Assembly (NCBI GenBank): GCA_012862495.1
Contig: BLSG01000197.1
Span: 124,591-188,590, forward strand
Reading direction: 5' to 3'
Origin: Thraustochytrium aureum
Lineage: Eukaryota
DNA length: 64,000 nt
The translations under genes and the position numbers were made by a program. Position 1 is the first letter of the stretch; each line of letters begins with the position of its first letter. Below are positions 47,259 through 58,612 of this stretch, piece by piece. A model generated the notes under the pieces. That model searched no databases. It was given only the letters and a program-made list of their open reading frames with translations, and was not told where the DNA came from.

Positions 47259-50200
47259 TCAGGGCCGCGTGAGACCCGGGCTGAATGGTCGACTTGGCCG
47301 GCGTTGCGTGCTGCGTGGGGGGCGCTGGTTGTGGCGCCGACGAGCTCGTCGTCGCAAGCCCCTGCGGAAGCTCGCGAAGACTCTCGCTTTGTCCTGTAGA
47401 CGTGCCACGTTGGCCGTTCGCATCAAGGTATTTGCCAAGGCTCGACGAGAAGCCGGCTGCTCCANNNNNNNNNNNNNNNNNNNNNNNNNNNNNNNNNNNN
47501 NNNNNNNNNNNNNNNNNNNNNNNNNNNNNNNNNNNNNNNNNNNNNNNNNNNNNNNNNNNNTAGCCGCCGGGGCACCGCCTCTGCCTTGCACGACGAAAAA
47601 GTTGGATCGTTGCTCGAAGCGATTGGAGGATAGCATTGCCCGTGCGTGATCGCGCTCCTGCGCTTGCGCTTCGTTCTCCATCGCCTCGCGCAACAACTGA
47701 CTCACGCGCGCGTCCGACGCGGACGGCCCTGAGGGTGGCGCAAAGCCGCTTCGGCCATTGTACCTCTCTTGTGCCAACGCGGGGCCGTCGGCAGCAAAGG
47801 TGGACCTGCCCGCAGAATAGGTCGCCGCCCCTGACCCGTTGCGAGGGCCTCCAAAGCCACTCGAGCGGGAAGGGCTCGGCACGTGCAGCGGCGTTCCGAA
47901 CCGCGGAAACATCATGTTGCGCACCAGATCGCGTTTGTGGAGTGACCTGGGCGGCTGGTAACGCGGCCTCGAGTCTGCAGAGCGTGCGTAGAGGCTTTGC
48001 CCCAGACGGGGCGTTGAAGGGGCCACTGGGAGGTTGGCTGCCGCAAAGGGTGACGGGGCGGCGCGCGGGAAATCGCGGAGCGGGGCACTCTCGGCGGCAC
48101 CCGTTTCGCTATCTTGCATCACGAGCAGGGAGCTGCGAAATTTGGGCCGGTTGGCAAAGGACTCGGGTGCAGGGCCTCGCGCCCCACCCGGAGGCGGTTC
48201 CGGCGTTTCAGAGACAAAAGACTGCGAAGCGACTGAGGCCGCGAGCCTCCCGTCTCTGGCGCTTGAGTCGAAGCCAGCACTGGCGTCAAGCCCTGCCAGG
48301 TCGCCTGTTTTGCGACGCTTTTGCTCAGGGCTGGGCAGGCCAGGCGCCTTGCTCTTTCGCTTTTTCTTCTTCTTCTTGATCGTGCTCTTCTTGGCGCTCT
48401 TCTGAAGCTTGCTGCTCTTTCTGGCTTTCCTGGCTGAAAGCACCATCTCCACCTCGTCGTCGCTGCCCAGGCCCGTAACGTCTTTTAGCATGCGGTCGAA
48501 ACGAAGAAAGTCGTCCACAGTGAGGCCCTTTTTGCCAATTTCCTCGACGAGCTGTTCGAGATCCTCAGTCTGCGCCTGGGCTATCGATTCAGTCGCGGCA
48601 CTTGGCGCCGGCGGCTCGACAGCCGCGGGCACCGGTGACGACGCTGCATGAGCAACAGAATCCGGTGAGTCCAAGTCTACGGCAACCGGAGACTCCTTCG
48701 AAGGGTGACTGATACCACCCGCATTTGGGGATATGTCGCTCGATCGATCGACAGGGAGCGCTTGTTGCTCAACCAAAGGGGAGATCTGCTGCGGCGGTTC
48801 CGGCGTGGGCTTGGCTGGGGGCGGGCCTGGCGCGGCGACCGAAACAGGGGCCTGGGGGATGCCATCGTGGGCGACTCAGGAGCGTCGTGCTAACAAAAGC
48901 AGCGGGGCGATCCGCGGCGCGTAGTTGTTCTGGGTGGTCGCGGTTACCTCCTCTGCGTCCGATTCGGGGTCCGCCTCCACATCGGTAGGCGCAACGTCCT
49001 CATCGTCATCTGCCGCCTCTGCGCCGCGACCGTCCGCGCGACCACTGTCCTGGGCGAAGAGCGGCCGTTTCTCCGCACCGGTTAAACTCTCGGTCAGCGA
49101 GGACCTCGATTTTTCGTGGAAGCAGCGCGCGCCGGCGCTGGTGTTTCGGGGACGGTATCGAAGTTCACGGCCGAGCTCACCTTTGCCTCCTTTGCGGCCG
49201 GCGCAGGCGCTGGTGCTTTTGAAAGTGCGCCGCTCAGCCGCGCAAGAAGGTCGGCCTTGAGGCCATCTGAGCGCTCGCCGAGCAGACGCAGGAAGACCTT
49301 GATTTCGGGCACTCGGAGCTTGCCTTCTTTGAACCGATTGACGAGCAAGTCGCGCGCCCGGTTGGCTTGCTTGGGTGCGGGGATGCTAAGGCTATCGAGG
49401 GCTGTAGCCAGCTTGCTCCGTGCCAGCGGACGCAAGTAAAGTTGGAGGTTGGCCGATTCTGTGGCCGTCGTCGCCGTGGTTGCACTCGCAGCAGTTTGCC
49501 TCTCCTGCATTGTCCGCGTTTCGTCGCCGCCTTCCTTTTCAGGCTTGGGAGACGGCGCCTTCGATTCGGCCAGTGCTCTCGCCTCGGCCAGTGCCTTCGA
49601 TTCGGCCAGTGCTCTCGCCTCGGCCCGTGCCTTCGATTCGGCCAGTGCCTTCGATTCGGCCAGTGCTCTCGCCTCGGCCTCTGCCTTGGCTTGGAGCAGA
49701 GCCGCCTCAGCTCGGGCATGTGCCTCTTCCTCAGCTCGGGCATGTGCCTCTTCCTCAGCTCGGGCATGTGCCTCTTCCTCAGCTCGAGCCAGGGCCGCTG
49801 CCTCGGCTTGGGCCCGTGCCAGCTCGAGCCTGGTTTGCTCTGCCGCTGCTTGCTCCCGCTGCCGCGCTTCGCGAACCATTTCTTCGCGGATTGCAGTTTC
49901 GCGTTCCGGGTTGTTGGGCTCTTGCTCGTCGTCGCTTTCGTCAGAAGCGCGCTCGTTCTCGGACAAAAGCGAGTCCCCAAAGGCGGCAAGCACCTCCCCC
50001 TCCTCCTCTGAATCCTTGAGGTTGTCGCTGCCCAAACGGACGCGGTTGGAGGCCTTTGCACTTGGCTCCGCATCAGAATCTTCGATTTCCTGCTGCGTCC
50101 GTCGGGGACCTGTGAGTCGGGGGCCCGTGAGTCGGGGACCTGCAAGTCGGGGACCTGTACGCCGTGGTCCCGTGCGCCTGCTGATGGTNNNNNNNNNNNN

Positions 50201-51154
50201 NNNNNNNNNNNNNNNNNNNNNNNNNNNNNNNNNNNNNNNNNNNNNNNNNNNNNNNNNNNNNNNNNNNNNNNNNNNNNNNNNNNNNNNNNNNNNNNNNNNN
50301 NNNNNNNNNNNNNNNNNNNNNNNNNNNNNNNNNNNNNNNNNNNNNNNGCCCGGCGACTCGGCAAGTAGGTCGCGCCGTTCGGGCGACGCTGCATCGCGTT
50401 TCGCTGCGCTCGACCCGGGCCCAGTTCGTCTTCCCGGCACCTCGCCATCGTGCGGAGTGACTGCGCGGTCTGTGCCAATTATTTCGGTCTCTGAGTCTTG
50501 CGTCGACTCAGTCTCAGACCGGTGAGCCTTCGTCGCAGATGCCGTTTCCGCACTTGCAGCGTCGTTCCCAGAGTCCCGCTCCTCACCAGCCTCTGCCATG
50601 CCACCGAGAGAGGCTTCGTCGCCGCTTGAGGGTTCGCCAGACTCGATACTCGGAGCAGTGTCTGGTTGCGGAGCAGGTGATTCGGCTGTGGCCGACTCTG
50701 CGGCGTCTTTGAGTCGCTGGTATAAGTCGGCTTTCAGGCCATTTTGGGGAAGCCCCAGGGTCTTGAGGGCGCTCTTCAGGTCTGCGACCTTCATTTGCGA
50801 CAGAAGAACGCTGTCGCACATGAGCGCGCCGCCGCGTCCGACAGAAAACTTTAACGGCGCGGTTGGCGGTTCCTCGGATGGGTTGGCGTTGCCGGTCTGC
50901 GCGGGCGCCTGCTCACGCAGTGTCGCAAGGTCGACCCCGGGCTTTGACGACTGGAGTGCGTCGACCAACCGCGCTTGAAGCTCTGCCTTGAGCCCAGTGG
51001 AGCCGAGGCTAAGCGACTTGAGAGCATTTTTGAGCGACTTGACCGTCATTTTGGCAACGAGCTGGCCCTCCCACTCGAGCTCCGCATCTGGCGCTCGCTT
51101 GCTCGGAGCACCGTGAGAAGCGGTCACAGATACGTTTCGAGGTGCTCTCGCCAT
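47259..51154 (-). CDS. Large low-complexity nuclear protein with three SAP motifs (frameshifts at ~48800-49110, two gaps; 3' end uncertain)
   Basis: SAP motifs MTVKSLKNALKSLSLGSTGLKAELQARL, MKVADLKSALKTLGLPQNGLKADLYQRL and LRVPEIKVFLRLLGERSDGLKADLLARL. Coding-like sequence continues into ORF 48776-47259, which has an NLS-like IKKKKKKRKSK. Confidence 0.7.
49555..50175 (-). repeat. Coding tandem repeats within the SAP protein (EEEAHARA x3, ESKALAE-type units, GPRLT/GPRRT x5)
   Basis: 24-bp gggcatgtgcctcttcctcagctc x3, gccttcgattcggccagtgc-based units and 15-bp gtcggggacctgtga-type units next to a gap. Confidence 0.85.
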
Positions 51155-51512
51155 CGTTCAAGCAGGCGCGCCAAGCGCTGCTTTCGGCGCCACCGCTCTC
51201 GCTAGCTAGGTCGTTCGCGAACTGGCTGGTCCACACGCGGCTGCCGCGCGCGTCGCCACACCCAGGCTCCCAGACGCCGCTCGCGGCCCCAATAGCAGCC
51301 TTCTCTACCCCGCCTCCGCCCCCGCTGGGCCTACCTGCAGCCCCTCTCTCGTCCCAGCTGCGCGCCGGGCGTCCACGGCAGCTGTTCCTCCGGGGCGTCC
51401 TCCCTCGTGCAAGCCTTCTCGAGCCCCAGAAAGGCCGACTCGCCACGCACGAATCCACGCACGAACGCCGGAACGCAGGAACGCACGCGCTGCCGCTGCG
51501 CTCCTCGGCGCG

Positions 51513-51646
51513 TCCGCCCGCCCGCCCGCCCGCCCGCTCGTCCGCTCGTCCGTCCGTTCGTTCGGGTCCTGCTCGCCCGCACGCTCTCCTCCGTCGCCTG
51601 CCTGCGTGCCTGCCTGCCTTTCAACCTGCCTGCCTGCCTGCCTGCC
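51513..51646. repeat. Compound microsatellites (CCGC)n, (CGTC)n, (CCTG)n in a divergent intergenic region
   Basis: Read directly between the SAP gene start and the next + strand gene. Confidence 0.85.
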
Positions 51647-51764
51647 GCCCATTCGAAACAACTGCTGCTCCAAATCCACGGACGGGTTAGGTCGCAGGTT
51701 AGGTCCCGAAGAGCGGCTTCGTTGTTCACTGGAAGGTACCGTTAGTTCCGGTTGAGCAGCTCAG

Positions 51765-52667
51765 GTGTGGTGGCATTGCAGCGGCGTTTTTTGTTGTTGG
51801 GTTTGTTGCGTCGATGGCTTGGCAGAGCGTGGACGAACGGGCCGCTCTGGTCGGCCTCGGAGCGACGGGGCGGACCTGCTTGGTGGAACGAGCCACGGAG
51901 GTCTGGCTGCAATACTGAGGTTTGAGCCGCGGGGCGCGGGCGAGGCGAGGTTTTCGGCGCCCCGACTTGGACGTCGCGCCGGTCGGGATGGTGTCGTCGA
52001 GGTCAGGCTGTTCACGTTTGCGGCGGACGTCACGCAGGAGCATGCCTATGTAGTAGGGACGACGCCTGGTGGGCTGACAGACGTGCTGGAGCGGTTTCGG
52101 GTCGATGAGCGCACCTGCACGTTCAGGAAGGTGCGTGGGGTCATCGAGATGGGTGCAGCGGACTCGAAGGGGCGCGGCGAGCGGCGGTCGATGCTCTACC
52201 GCGAGATCCTGTTCGAGTGCGAGAGGTCCCCAAATCCGCACTGCTGGGCCGCGCAGGCGCGACGCTCCTCGTACCGCCTGGGGTTCCTCCCGCCTCGTGC
52301 GGCTCTGCCCGAGGGCGGCCTGGAGCACAAGGGCACCGCGGGTGCCGAGGACGAGAGCGGGGCGGCCACCGTGCCAGAGCTTGTTCCGCTCGCGCTGGAG
52401 CCAGAAATCAACTTGGTCGGCTTTCTCCGACAAAACGCGCGGCGCGAGACGAACGCTGATGTGGTTGAGCTCGTGGTAGTCCCCCTGTCGCAAGTTGGGC
52501 CGGGCTGCGAACGCGCCTGCAGAGGCTGCGCTATGTGCGCGGAGAGCCGTGCACCAGATTCGGACAGGATAACGACCTTCTTCCGCGACGGGCGCGTGCA
52601 GACAGTGCGCGCCAACGCAGTGGACAGTGTCGGGGTAGCATTAGCCGCCGAGGACACGTACATTTGA
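51765..52667 (+). CDS. Hypothetical protein with a C-terminal Cys cluster (CERACRGCAMC); start uncertain
   Basis: Coding-like 300-aa ORF with beta-rich segments. No family recognised. Confidence 0.5.
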   Translation: MWWHCSGVFCCWVCCVDGLAERGRTGRSGRPRSDGADLLGGTSHGGLAAILRFEPRGAGEARFSAPRLGRRAGRDGVVEVRLFTFAADVTQEHAYVVGTTPGGLTDVLERFRVDERTCTFRKVRGVIEMGAADSKGRGERRSMLYREILFECERSPNPHCWAAQARRSSYRLGFLPPRAALPEGGLEHKGTAGAEDESGAATVPELVPLALEPEINLVGFLRQNARRETNADVVELVVVPLSQVGPGCERACRGCAMCAESRAPDSDRITTFFRDGRVQTVRANAVDSVGVALAAEDTYI

Positions 52668-52829
52668 CGCGTGACCCGTTTCTGCCATACTGACGCCGGG
52701 GCGAGAGGTGGGAAACGATTTTATGTCTGTAGGGGGAAAGGCGCGCGCATGACTTTTGGTGCGGGTCGCTGGCGCAGCCGGCTTGCGCTGGTTCGCAAGC
52801 CGTCTCTGCGCCCGGGCCTTGCTCGCTCG

Positions 52830-53795
52830 CTAGAAGAGCCACGGCACGAGCGCGCGGCGCTGGGCCGGGTAGTCGTCAAACTTGGAGGCGTACCACTGGT
52901 GCGTTGCCTTTGCGCTGCTACCAAGCGTCAGCACCACGAAGAGGAACATCATGTGCACCGCGAGGTTGTGCGAGTTCAGAATCACCAGGCCCGCATACAT
53001 GACGAGCTCGGCGAGGTAGTGGGGGGAGCTGACGAGCTCGAAAAGGCCCCCGCGGGGAATCGCGTACGCTGCGCGGCTCGCCGGCTCAGCGCGGAGGGCG
53101 GCCAGAGTGCGATGGCTCGCAAACTGTGCCAGAGAGCCGGCCACGAAGAGACAAGCTGCAACGAGGGCGCTCGCTCCGGAGCCCAAAGCCGGCTGCGCCC
53201 ACCCACCTCCCCCGCCGCCGTATAGGGCAGAGTCCACGACGAGGCTCCAAGGCAGTGCAAGGTAAAATGTCAGGCCTATCAGGTATCCAAAGACATGCAT
53301 GCGCGCAGACGGCGAGGGGACGCAGAGCAGTGCAGTTTCCAAGAGCCGGCGCAGCGCGTGCAGAGCGAGCGCGCCGAGCGACACGAACAGGACCAAGTCC
53401 CCCTGCGCCACGGCGTCCAGCCGCTGCTCGCGGGACCCTTCGGCGCACAGCGCGAGCGAACTGCCGCCGAGGCTGGCAAGGGCGCCGCGGTCCGAAATGA
53501 TCGCTCCAGCAAACGCATGCAGAACGTCAACGCGCGCCAAAACCAGCACGAGCAGAGCGAGAGTCCACGCGAGGGCCACCGCGTAAAAGTGCAGGAACCA
53601 CTTCTTCGGCACCGTCCAGGTCTGCACGTCGGCCGTCCATCCGGAACGCGCGTCGCCTCTGCGGGTCTTGCCGTGCCGGCTCAGCGCGGCGGCTGCCGGC
53701 ACCGCCCAGCTCGCGGCCGCGGACGCCGCTGCAACGCCCCAGTACACGTAGGTGAACCGTCGCATCCACGCTGCGCAGCCCGCGAGGTCCTCCAT
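52830..53795 (-). CDS. SRD5A3: Polyprenol reductase (SRD5A3/DFG10-like steroid 5-alpha-reductase family)
   Basis: VPKKWFLHFY, HALRRLLE, ARMHVFGYLIGLTFY, QFASHRTLAALR, IPRGGLFELVSSPHYLAE, THQWYASKFDDYP..RRALVP. Confidence 0.9.
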   Translation of the reverse strand: MEDLAGCAAWMRRFTYVYWGVAAASAAASWAVPAAAALSRHGKTRRGDARSGWTADVQTWTVPKKWFLHFYAVALAWTLALLVLVLARVDVLHAFAGAIISDRGALASLGGSSLALCAEGSREQRLDAVAQGDLVLFVSLGALALHALRRLLETALLCVPSPSARMHVFGYLIGLTFYLALPWSLVVDSALYGGGGGGWAQPALGSGASALVAACLFVAGSLAQFASHRTLAALRAEPASRAAYAIPRGGLFELVSSPHYLAELVMYAGLVILNSHNLAVHMMFLFVVLTLGSSAKATHQWYASKFDDYPAQRRALVPWLF

Positions 53796-54712
53796 CGCGG
53801 CTTGCGCGCGCGTTTCCGCGAACGAGCGCCTGCGCTTCTTCACCGGTGGCTCGCAGCGCTCGACGAAAACGACACGTGGAGGATGGGTAGGACAGAGGCC
53901 AAAGGTGTGCTCCTTGCCCTTGAGCGCTCGAAGGGCGGTACCGGACGCCATCGCAGCAGGCTGTTCTGGCTTGATGCGCAACGCGACGCCGCCTTCGGAG
54001 GGACGATCCGTGGAGGGGAAGCATGCGATGGGAAGCAACTTCAAGTCGTGCCTGTCGATGCGCATCCGGCTTCAACTGATGAGTTGAAGTCCGGCGTCTT
54101 CGAGTTGAACGTCATGACAGGGCGGGAAATGCAACCCTCCCAACCAAGCGCCCGCCGTTCATTGCCTCTGGTGAGTCGTCGTGAATGCAGCCAGCTGGGT
54201 GCAACTCGGTATGTAGCTGCTACCAAATCGGTAGCTACTCTTTTGCTTTGGTTGGCCGAGGGGCAAGGTGGATCGACGGATTCTCCTGGAGCGGGCGAGT
54301 AGGTATCTGTCGGCGGCAACCCGCTGCGCTGCCGATTTCAGAGAGCGAGTCAGCCCCGCTGAGTGATGAGTGAGCTTGAGCTCGCCCACCAAACAAGCGG
54401 AGCGCCCGCAGGACTTGCCACAACTTTCGCTGCAATGTCGTCTTTGCGAGGAAGCGGAGCGCGTTCGATGTCGAGCTCAACCCACCACCAACAGGATGTG
54501 TGAGGAGCGAACTTGTAGCTGCGAGCTCGCTCCGGCGGGAATCAAACCAAACCGAGTGCTGGCTGTAGGGTGAGTTGAGTTGAGAGTGGGCAGGGAAGCA
54601 AGTAGAGTAGGTACTCTGCTCAGGGGTACTCTACCTTAGGTATCGAGGATGCCTCTGGAGTGCATGCCTGCTTCATCACATCATTGCCAGTCGCCTCCAC
54701 GCCGACGGAGCC

Positions 54713-54786
54713 GAGCTTGCCACGGCAAACCCGAATCGAACGAGCCGCAGAGCTTGCCACGGCAAACCCGAATCGAACAAGCCGCA
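54713..54786. repeat. 37-bp tandem duplication just upstream of the ATG at 54855
   Basis: gagcttgccacggcaaacccgaatcgaac(g/a)agccgca x2. Confidence 0.9.
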
Positions 54787-54854
54787 GCGAGCGATAACGA
54801 GAGAGCCACCGTCGCGCCCCAAAAACGAGAGAGTCACCGTCGCGCCAAACGACG

Positions 54855-55873
54855 ATGGTTGCCCAGGACGAGAACGGGGTGGGCCCGGTCGGCCCGAAGC
54901 GGCGTCGCCTGACGTCCATTGGAATGCGGTTCGTGCTCAACGCGACCATGCTAACGCTGATTCTCTGGGCGATTGTCTTGTTCGAAAAGGCCAAGCCGAT
55001 CCAGGACAGCGCGTTGTTCAAGTCGTGGAGTGACCTCAACGAAGAGGAAGCCTTCCTGCTCGCTGTGACGCTGACGTCGCTCGTCTTGCTCGTCCCCGTT
55101 TTCGCCGACTCGCTCATGAAGGCCTTCATCCTGATGGGCCACCAAAAGCTGTCCGAAGAGGAAGTGGAGGCATGGCACAACCCGTCCAGTTCGGACGTNN
55201 NNNNNNNNNNNNNNNNNNNNNNNNNNNNNNNNNNNNNNNNNNNNNNNNNNNNNNNNNNNNNNNNNNNNNNNNNNNNNNNNNNNNNNNNNNNNNNNNNNNN
55301 NNNNNNNNNNNNNNNNNNNNNNNNNNNNNCGGGTATTCTGCTGATGCCAGGCTCGCTTGTCTACCGATTCTTCGCCATGTGGGGCCGCTCGATGTGCTTT
55401 GGCTGCTTGGGAATTGTTGAGGCCGCCGCTGTCAGCTTGGCTGTGCTGTTCGACTTGGCTGTGGTAAGTTTTGCAGCGTGATCTGACTCGAGGTTTGCTT
55501 TTGCTTGCTCGTCCCATGCGCTGACGATGCCAACTTGCTGCAGAACATGTCTCTGTTTGCGCTGTCGCTCTATTTGATTTTGTCGAGCCGCGACACGGCG
55601 GCAGCTGTTGTAAACCTGGCCGCCGTGCAGGTCTTCTCTCGGCTGGACGGCGACTTTATCAAGCTATCACTCATGCCGATGCTCGGCGTGCAGCACACCC
55701 TCGACACATACTACACGAGCAACCCGGTGAGCTCGCAGAGCAGTTCGAGCGTGGGCTCTCGGTTCAAGAAAGCGGCGGGCAAGGTGTATTGCAACGCCTG
55801 CAGCCAAGAGGGCAGCAAAGAGGAAGGCTCGACCAAGGTCGGCGCCGCGACGTCTGCGGGGCCTGCCGTCTGA
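54855..55873 (+). CDS. Hypothetical multi-TM protein, paralogue 1; intron 55464-55543
   Basis: TM helices. The GTAAGT..CTGAC..CAG intron gives LFDLAV|NMSLFALS, and the conserved block is AAVVNLAAVQVFSRLD. Confidence 0.75.
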
Positions 55874-56449
55874 AAACCTAGCGCCCGAACAAAAGAAATC
55901 CTGTCCCAACTGCGTGCGTCCCACCCTCCGTGCGTCGTGCCCCCGTCCTGTCAATCTATCTGCCCCTGCGCCAGGTTCACTTGACGAGTCCAGAGTCCGC
56001 AAACGCGTCAAGGTGTGCACCCCTCGTGTGGTGATAGCCTACTCCAGAGTAAGTGGCTTTGACTGTTTTGAACTCGAGCGCGTTCTAAACCCGCTCTGTC
56101 CTTACGATACGTAGGGGAGTAATGAAGCGTGGACCGCCTTGCGCCAGCCCACGGGAGAGCGCCACGCGCTCCTTGCCAAGCCTCTGAGCAGCGCTCTCTT
56201 TCGCGCGCTCCGGCTGACTGAGGCGACCAAGCAAGATCTGTGCAGCCGCCAACCATTCCTTTCCTTACAACGCGCTCCAACGCGCTCCGTCGGAACGATC
56301 TAGGCATTTGCTTTCAGGGTGTGCGAGGTTGCTCCCGTACTCCCCGAGTCTGTAGACCTCCCCTGCAAGTCAGTTCAGCAACAGGCAGACCCGAATCGAC
56401 CTCGACGGAACGCGGAATCAACGCTCCAGAAGAGCTTGTGCACGAGAAG

Positions 56450-57442
56450 ATGAGCGACGACGGCGAGTCCAGCGTGGTGTCTGCCAACCGGGCCATGTCC
56501 ATTGGCAGGGGGAGTCACGCGGAGGAGTTGCCCGACGACATTCGTCAGGAAGTGCGCGGCGAGATGATCTCCGGATACGCTGCGTTCGCCCGTGCACTGA
56601 CCAACGCCGTGCTCATCATTGCCCTGGTCTGGGGGATTACCTTGATTCAGGACGAGTCGCCCGTGAGCGATCTCCCGTTCTTCAGAGTGAACGATGAAAA
56701 TCTGAACGACATGCAGCGCAGCAAGATGCGCTTTTTCGTGTTTCTCACGGTGCTCTCGTGGTGCTTGCTGGCCCCATACCTGACCGAAACGGCGATGGTG
56801 GCCTACGGCCTCTTGCGCTCCGACCAGACCGGGACCAAGCACTGGGAGGAGGTGGACCGGGACCCGGGGTCGCGGCCGCGCTCGCACCTGATGTCGCACC
56901 CGTTCTTCCTGGTTCGCTTCATCTTTTGCCTCGTGTTCTCGCTGTGCACGATTCCGATGTCGGGCTGGTTTGTGGTCAAGGCCTTCGCCATGCTCGTGAC
57001 GGGACAATTCCGGCGCTTCTACGGCTACGTGAAGCTGACAGCCGTCGTTCTGTTCGACAATCTGCTCATGTTGCTGCTCTTCGTCTTCAGTACTTTCCTG
57101 ATCGGCTCCTCCGAGTCTATCACGGCGGCCGTTGTGAACCTCGTAGCTGTCCAAGTCTTCGCCGACCTCGACGACCAGATTGTGGGCAAGATCATGCGCC
57201 CAACAAAAAGCATCACCAACGCTTGGAAACAGTACTTTCCGAAAAATCCCCGCCAGACCCCCGAGGAGAGCTTCTGCGAGATCTTTTCGATGGCAGTCGG
57301 CAGGACGTTCAACTCATGCTCGCGTGAGGTCCAAGGCCGCGCACGGGCCGCTCGAATGGCGGAAAAGCGCATCGCCCGCATGTCCGCCATGCCGGACGAG
57401 ATCGCGGCGGCCGCCTCCCCAGATGCCAGCGACGAGGTGTAA
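56450..57442 (+). CDS. Hypothetical multi-TM protein, paralogue 2 (intronless)
   Basis: Collinear with paralogue 1: NAVLIIALVWGITL vs NATMLTLILWAIVL, AVVLFD vs AVLFD, AAVVNLVAVQVFADLD vs AAVVNLAAVQVFSRLD. Confidence 0.8.
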   Translation: MSDDGESSVVSANRAMSIGRGSHAEELPDDIRQEVRGEMISGYAAFARALTNAVLIIALVWGITLIQDESPVSDLPFFRVNDENLNDMQRSKMRFFVFLTVLSWCLLAPYLTETAMVAYGLLRSDQTGTKHWEEVDRDPGSRPRSHLMSHPFFLVRFIFCLVFSLCTIPMSGWFVVKAFAMLVTGQFRRFYGYVKLTAVVLFDNLLMLLLFVFSTFLIGSSESITAAVVNLVAVQVFADLDDQIVGKIMRPTKSITNAWKQYFPKNPRQTPEESFCEIFSMAVGRTFNSCSREVQGRARAARMAEKRIARMSAMPDEIAAAASPDASDEV

Positions 57443-57661
57443 AGGCTGCTCGACCGCAGCTGACAAGGCTACCACAATCGACGGCGCGAGGGGGCCGACG
57501 TAGCGTCGCGCGTAATCTTCTCTTCTAACTCCGGAGCAGCAAGTCAAGCGACAACCGGCTTTATAGTTGACTAACATAAAACGCTGCTGTCGCGCCGCAT
57601 CGTGCTAAAGTTGTACATCGCTTCAGGGCAAACACGCACACCACCGCCCGCTCTGGGGCAG

Positions 57662-58294
57662 TCACTGCACGATCTTGAGCCGTCGCCGCTTGGGGCCCCG
57701 GCCACGTCGCGGCTCGTCTTCCGCGTCAGTGCAAATCCCGCACGTGAGCAGCATTCGAACGGCCTTGCTGCTCGCCTCGCCCTCATCGCAAGCGACAGAG
57801 GAGGGCATCTTGACGAGGTCCTCCCAAAACCCCTCCGTCTCGGCCGCAAAGTGCTCTTGCGCGAGCTCGACTACTTTGCTCATCAGCGCCTTGTTCGCCT
57901 CGCGCCGGCCGCCGAGCGGGCCGGGCCTTGGGCCGACCTGCCGACCATGCCCGCTGCCCTTTCGCGCTTCGCCGAAAGCCGCCGCGAGGCTCGACAGCTC
58001 TTTGCTTGCCTTGCGCTGCTTGGCGATGCGCCGCTCCAGCTCGAGCGTCGCTGCTTGCAGGTAAGCGCTCGCCTCGCGCAGCTGGCCAACGCTGCCGTCG
58101 CGGATAAGCGCCACCTCGGCGTCTGCAACCGCCTTGTCGGCGTCGGCCTCCTTGACGCGCTCCGCAAAAGCATTGCGTAGGTCCTGCTCTCGCTCCTTCG
58201 CCTGCTCGACCTCCGCGCGCAGGCCGGCCTCGACCGTCTCCAGCGTGCGCAGGAGAGCCGCGCGGTTTGCGTCAACGCTACCGACCGCGTCCAT
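57662..58294 (-). CDS. Hypothetical coiled-coil protein (weak CENP-K-like C-terminus)
   Basis: Starts MDAVGSVDANRAALL, has long heptad-rich helices and a small C-terminal domain VRMLLTCGICTDAEDEPRR. Confidence 0.6.
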   Translation of the reverse strand: MDAVGSVDANRAALLRTLETVEAGLRAEVEQAKEREQDLRNAFAERVKEADADKAVADAEVALIRDGSVGQLREASAYLQAATLELERRIAKQRKASKELSSLAAAFGEARKGSGHGRQVGPRPGPLGGRREANKALMSKVVELAQEHFAAETEGFWEDLVKMPSSVACDEGEASSKAVRMLLTCGICTDAEDEPRRGRGPKRRRLKIVQ

Positions 58295-58567
58295 CGCGGC
58301 TTCGACGACACCCTGCTCGCTCTTCCACGCCAGCGAGGCGCGAGCGGCGCTGGTCGGGCAGCTTTCTCTGCTGGCTCCGAGCCACGAGCATACAGCGCAA
58401 GGGGGCCGCTGCCCGTTCGGCCCGCGCGCTGCTTGGTCAGGAATCGGTCTGCCGTGGCTTGGATGCAACAGAGGTCTCCTTTTTTGACCAAGATTTGATT
58501 TTTGTAAGGTGTTTTGCTGCGACATGCCGCCCCGCGCAGCAACTGGAAGGCCTCTGAAGTGGTACCT

Positions 58568-58612
58568 TTAGCTCTGGCTGGGTTAGCTCTGGCTGGGTTA
58601 GCTCTGGCTGGG
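58568..58612. repeat. 15-bp tandem repeat x3 (TTAGCTCTGGCTGGG)
   Basis: Three perfect units. Confidence 0.9.

Noticed and set aside
4673..51154. Many frameshifts in conserved genes (VPS11 ~7480; calpain ~21280, 15490, 13691, 12950, 12084; myotubularin ~34030; TPK ~37505, 37070, 37000; NMO ~43451; PTPA ~45846), considered as programmed frameshifting, RNA editing or mass pseudogenisation
   Set aside because: They go in both directions, mostly sit in homopolymer runs, share no slippery motif and affect essential genes with otherwise intact motifs. This is typical of draft-assembly indel errors; raw reads would settle it.
52505..52540. CxxxCxxC-like Cys cluster, considered as a radical-SAM motif
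   Set aside because: It lies near the C-terminus of a short protein with no following TIM-barrel region. At most it is a small metal-binding knuckle.
31841..54786. 27-37 bp direct repeats at 31841, 39064 and 54713, considered as CRISPR-like arrays
   Set aside because: Only 2-3 directly abutting copies with no unique spacers, no cas genes and a eukaryotic context. They are simple local duplications.
58568..58612. GGGTTAG-containing 15-mer repeat, considered as interstitial telomeric sequence
   Set aside because: The repeating unit is 15 bp, not tandem TTAGGG.
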